Shown one piece after another: positions 21,034 to 24,000 of a stretch of DNA of 24,000 nt (positions are counted from its first letter, which is position 1; each line of letters begins with the position of its first letter). Where the stretch lies: positions 6,580-30,579 of the forward strand of contig NZ_JAKNTA010000013.1 in the NCBI RefSeq assembly GCF_022288725.1. The letters are read 5' to 3'. The position numbers were made by a program, and so were the translations under genes. The notes beneath the pieces were generated by a model. It did not search any database. It had not been told where the DNA came from and saw only the letters and a program-made list of their open reading frames with translations. This DNA is from Kitasatospora sp. A2-31. Its GTDB lineage: Bacteria; Actinomycetota; Actinomycetes; Streptomycetales; Streptomycetaceae.

Positions 21034-21087
21034 GGGTCAGCGCCATGCGGCGGCCGCTCGGGGTCAGCGCCGTGCGGCGGCCGTGTC
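21034..21087. repeat. 2 x 27-bp tandem duplication containing the stop codon and last codons of the 139-aa gene
   Basis: 21034-21060 is gggtcagcgccatgcggcggccgctcg and 21061-21087 is gggtcagcgccgtgcggcggccgtgtc (22/23 identical over the first 23 nt). Both copies carry an in-frame tca (TGA) at 21037 and 21064. Confidence 0.85.
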
Positions 21088-21483
21088 CAGGCCGGCGGCG
21101 AACCGCGAGAATTCCCTCCGCCAGCCGCGGCGGACGTTCATCCGGGTGGGTGCGTCGTGCCCGGGGAGGGCGAACGGGAAGGAGCTCCAGAGCAGTCGGC
21201 GGCGGACCTCGCCCATCCGGCGGACCGCGTCGTCCCGGTCGAAGCTGTAGACGAGGCCGCCCGGCCGCTGCCCCAGCCCCCTGGTGCTGACCCGGTGGAA
21301 GTGGACGGACCGCGCGGTGGCGGTGACGAAGTAGGTGTCGGCGTCGAGGCCGCCGCCGAGGCAGGAGAGCCACGGGCTGTCGTCGAGGAACACGCCGAAG
21401 ACGGTGAGCGGGGGATCGGCCGGATCCATCTCGCGCACCGTCTGCTCGACCTGCTTGATCATGGCGGCCTTGCGCACTGCCAT
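21064..21483 (-). CDS. hypothetical protein (139 aa)
   Basis: ATG 21483 is preceded by GGGAGGA. Third-position GC is high. I recognise no family. The ORF-track extension to 22173 overlaps the usp gene and has poorer codon bias. Confidence 0.55.
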   Translation of the reverse strand: MAVRKAAMIKQVEQTVREMDPADPPLTVFGVFLDDSPWLSCLGGGLDADTYFVTATARSVHFHRVSTRGLGQRPGGLVYSFDRDDAVRRMGEVRRRLLWSSFPFALPGHDAPTRMNVRRGWRREFSRFAAGLDTAAARR

Positions 21484-21869
21484 CCGTCCGTCCTCCCGCC
21501 CCGGTCGGCCCGGCTTCGGGGCCGGCCCTGTCCGTGACCGATCGGGCGTCGACTGTCGCCCGGGGTGGCCGGGGCGCATCCCGTGCCCCGGCCATGGCCC
21601 AACGTAGGCGCGGCGGGAGCCGGAGTGGATGACGGTGGGCACCGAAAGACTTGCGAGGTCCGGGGACCCCTCGGTCCGCAGGAGCCGGGCCGTCCGGCTG
21701 TCCCGGCCTCGGCGGAGCTCGGTGTCGCGGCCTCCCATGTGCCCTTCCTCCAGGACGTGTTGGAGGCCGAGCCGGTGTCCTGGGCGGACGGCGGCGTGGT
21801 GACGGACGCCGCCCTTGGTCGCCTTCGCCGCCGCTCGTGCGAGTGTGGTGGCGGCCTCGGCGGCCAGGG

Positions 21870-22754
21870 TCAGGACGGTCGCGGAACCGTGACGACCGGG
21901 CTGTGGGCGCGGTGCAGCAGCCCGTGCGGGACGGAGCCGAGCCGCATTCCGGTGAAGCCGCCGCGGCCGCGGCGCCCCACCACGACGGCGAGGGCGTGCT
22001 CGGAGGTCTTGGCCAGTTCTTCGACCGGGTGGCCGCGGATCACCTCGTGGGTGAGGTGCAGATCGGGAAAGGACGCGGCACGCCCGGCCGTGGTCTCGGC
22101 GAGCTGTCGCCGCAACGTCTGGACGGCCGCCCGCTCGTCGACGTGAGCGATCAGCTGGGACTGCCACACCCATACCGCCCGCAGCGCGGCTCTCCGTCGG
22201 GCTGCGAAGTCGAAGGCGACGTCCACGGCGGCCGCGGACGATTCGCTGCCGTCGACCCCGACCACCACGTAGGGCGGGTCCTGGGTGACGTGCTCGGGGC
22301 CGCGCACCACCACCACCGGGCAGTTCGCCTGGGCGCTCACCGGGACGGTCACCGAGAAGGCGCTGAGCAGCTCCTCGAGCCGGTTCATCCGGCGTGAGCC
22401 CAGGACGACCAGCTCGGCATGAGCGGACTCCCGCCCCAGCACCCGCGCCGCGCTGCCGTCCGTGACGACGGTGGCGATCTCCAGCCCCGGGTGGCGCGTG
22501 CGGGCGAGGTCGGCGGCCTTGGCGAGGGCGGCGTCACCGCGTTCGCGCAGCAGTTCGTGATAGCGGTCCTCCTCGGAGCCGCGCCGCTCGTGAACGACCG
22601 GCGGTACGGCGTGGAGCAGCCGCAGCGGCAGGCCCCGCCGGTCGGCCTCGTCGGCTGCCCAGGCCAGCGCCATGGGCTCCGGTTCGAGGGCGTCCACGCC
22701 GAAGACGACCGTCGGGCGGTCGCCGGCGGACATCATGGCGCTGGCGGACATCAT
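21870..22754 (-). CDS. universal stress protein, tandem UspA domains
   Basis: ATG 22754 follows GGAGG-N6. There are two Usp modules: 'TVVFGVDALEPEPMALAWAADEA...AELVVLGSRR...SAQANCPVVVV' and 'YVVVGVDGSESSAAAVDVAFDFA...ALAVVVGRRGRGGFTGMRLGSVPHGLLHRAHSPVVTV'. Confidence 0.8.
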   Translation of the reverse strand: MMSASAMMSAGDRPTVVFGVDALEPEPMALAWAADEADRRGLPLRLLHAVPPVVHERRGSEEDRYHELLRERGDAALAKAADLARTRHPGLEIATVVTDGSAARVLGRESAHAELVVLGSRRMNRLEELLSAFSVTVPVSAQANCPVVVVRGPEHVTQDPPYVVVGVDGSESSAAAVDVAFDFAARRRAALRAVWVWQSQLIAHVDERAAVQTLRRQLAETTAGRAASFPDLHLTHEVIRGHPVEELAKTSEHALAVVVGRRGRGGFTGMRLGSVPHGLLHRAHSPVVTVPRPS

Positions 22755-22760
22755 GGCGCT
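22725..22760. repeat. perfect 2 x 18-bp tandem duplication spanning the usp start codon
   Basis: ggcggacatcatggcgct occurs at 22725-22742 and again at 22743-22760. On the minus strand this reads AGCGCC-ATGATGTCCGCC twice, giving 'MMSASAMMSAG'. Confidence 0.9.
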
Positions 22761-23050
22761 CCTCCACCCGGTCGGCGGGGCCGGCGAGCCGTGGCCGACC
22801 GCCGTGCCCACACCGGCACCGTAAGCCCGGCGAAGATCCGCCGCGAGGGCCGACAGTCCCACGACGCACGGGGCCACCCGGCTCTCGGCCCGCCGGGCGG
22901 CCTACCGTGAGGGTGGCCGCGGCACGGCAGGCGACACGGTGGAAGCGTCCATCCGGCCCCCGCAGCAGGGGCCGATCGGTCCTAGGAGGGGCCGGGGGCT
23001 GCGGCGAGGCTGGAGATCGGGGCATCCGCGCTGTCGGCGAGGAGGCGGCC

Positions 23051-23803
23051 ATGGACATCCGGACGCAGGACGGACGACGCCCGCTGCTGGCCGCCACCGG
23101 AGTCCGCAAGGTCTACCGGACCGGAACCGTCGAGGTGACGGCGTTGCGCGACCTCGACCTGACGGTGCAGCCGGGCGAGCTGGTCGGGGTGATGGGGCCG
23201 TCGGGCTCCGGCAAGACCACCCTGCTCAACTGCCTCTCCGGCCTGGACGACATCGACGCCGGCCGGGTCGAGGTGGACGGCCGCGACCTGTTCGCCATGT
23301 CGGACGCCGCACGCACCGAGCACCGGGCCCACGCGATGGGCTTCGTGTTCCAGGCCTTCAACCTGATCCCGGTCTTCTCCGCCGTCGAGAACGTCGAACT
23401 CCCGCTGCTGCTCACCGGCACGCCGCCGCGCGAGGCCCGGGCCCGGGCCGCCGCGATGCTGGAGCGGGTCGGCCTCGGGCACCGGGTGGCACATCGCCCC
23501 AGCGAACTGTCCGGCGGCGAGCAGCAGCGTGTCACCATCGCCCGCGCCCTGGTTGCCCGGCCCGCCGTCGTCTGGGCGGACGAGCCCACCGGCAATCTCG
23601 ACAGCGCCATGGCCGACCAGGTGATGGAGCTGTTGGCCACGCTCAACCGCGACGAGGGCCAGACCATCGTGCTGGTCACCCACGACGAGGCGATCGGCCG
23701 CCGGCTGCCCCGCCTGGTGCGGATGCGCGACGGCCGCCTGGTCTCCGACTCCCTCCCCCAGCCTCCGGCCGGGGGTGCCCCCACGGCCGGACTGGTGGGC
23801 TGA
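23051..23803 (+). CDS. ABC transporter ATP-binding protein (MacB/LolD/FtsE-like)
   Basis: ATG 23051 follows GAGGAGG. Walker A 'GPSGSGKTT', Q-loop 'FVFQAFNL', signature 'LSGGEQQRV', Walker B 'VVWADEPTGNLD', H-loop 'VLVTHD'. Confidence 0.9.
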   Translation: MDIRTQDGRRPLLAATGVRKVYRTGTVEVTALRDLDLTVQPGELVGVMGPSGSGKTTLLNCLSGLDDIDAGRVEVDGRDLFAMSDAARTEHRAHAMGFVFQAFNLIPVFSAVENVELPLLLTGTPPREARARAAAMLERVGLGHRVAHRPSELSGGEQQRVTIARALVARPAVVWADEPTGNLDSAMADQVMELLATLNRDEGQTIVLVTHDEAIGRRLPRLVRMRDGRLVSDSLPQPPAGGAPTAGLVG

Positions 23804-23806
23804 CCG

Positions 23807-24000
23807 GTGTACCCCGACCTCCTGCTCCCGCTGCTCGGCATCCTCGGCATCGCTTTGCTGACGCTGCTGCTGGTCGCGGCCCGGCAGCCGGTAGTCCGGC
23901 GCCTCGCGCTGCGCCAGGTCGCGCGGCGGCGTACCGAGGCCGCCCTGGTGATCGGCGGCTCCGTGCTCGGCACCGCGATCATCGTCGGCGCTCTCGTCGT
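23807..24000 (+). CDS. ABC transporter permease (FtsX/MacB-type), 3'-truncated by window edge
   Basis: The frame opens right after the ATPase stop (TGA 23801-23803), with GTG at 23807. 'RRLALRQVARRRTEAALVIGGSVLGTAIIVG' is the typical FtsX-family N-terminus. The exact start is uncertain, and this ORF is not in the supplied track because no stop falls inside the window. Confidence 0.6.
   Translation, partial: MYPDLLLPLLGILGIALLTLLLVAARQPVVRRLALRQVARRRTEAALVIGGSVLGTAIIVGALV

Noticed and set aside
19043-21250. 735-aa plus-strand ORF over the aminopeptidase locus (and similar ORFs 15527..17506 and 13540..14934)
   Set aside because: These are antisense to, or out of frame with, genes that have clear motifs. 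Their translations are low-complexity.
1-24000. Mobile element, prophage or genomic-island boundaries
   Set aside because: No integrase, transposase, recombinase or tRNA gene is present. The repeats found are tandem and direct, tens of bp long, not terminal inverted repeats or att-like flanks. I could not detect a compositional break by eye apart from small AT-rich promoter patches.

Overview
High-GC (roughly 70%+) actinomycete chromosomal DNA, Streptomyces/Kitasatospora-like in codon usage and gene content. I found no rRNA, tRNA, CRISPR array, transposase or integrase. I call 20 protein-coding genes plus one candidate leader ORF. Plus strand, left part: a gentisate-type ring-cleavage trio (gentisate 1,2-dioxygenase truncated at the window edge, an FAH-family hydrolase and a maleate-isomerase-family enzyme, linked by close coupling and an ATGA overlap). 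These are followed by a PaaX-family regulator and an Amidohydro_3 amidohydrolase, then three secreted acyl/ester hydrolases: cutinase-like, an S45 penicillin/AHL-acylase-family Ntn hydrolase, and an antigen-85/esterase-D-like esterase. Minus strand, convergent on that battery: a small regulator fusing an N-terminal LuxR/GerE HTH to a complete SARP (OmpR-wHTH + BTAD), a single-pass non-RD Ser/Thr receptor kinase, a divergent FHA-like protein, a secreted M23 metallopeptidase fused to a seven-bladed PLL-type lectin beta-propeller, and a DHA2 MFS transporter. Right part: UBP-type zinc-finger protein, DUF5996 protein, S33 tripeptidyl-aminopeptidase-like lipoprotein, a 139-aa hypothetical, a tandem-domain universal stress protein, and a MacB/FtsX-type ABC ATPase plus the start of its permease. 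The most interesting signals come from reading the DNA directly. (1) A 19/20-identical 20-bp element with two TCATCGG heptamers phased 11 bp apart sits 7 nt upstream of a -10-like hexamer in front of both the cutinase-like and acylase genes, which is SARP-box geometry next to an orphan LuxR-SARP hybrid. (2) An FHA/kinase/SARP arrangement recalls AfsK-AfsR. (3) The M23-lectin fusion has a recent 273-bp internal two-blade duplication, and a strongly SD-led TTG leader ORF is coupled to it by ATGA. (4) Short tandem duplications sit exactly on gene termini at several loci (12 bp x4, 34 bp x2.4, 27 bp x2, 18 bp x2). All functional assignments rest on motif and family recognition by eye; no database search was run.
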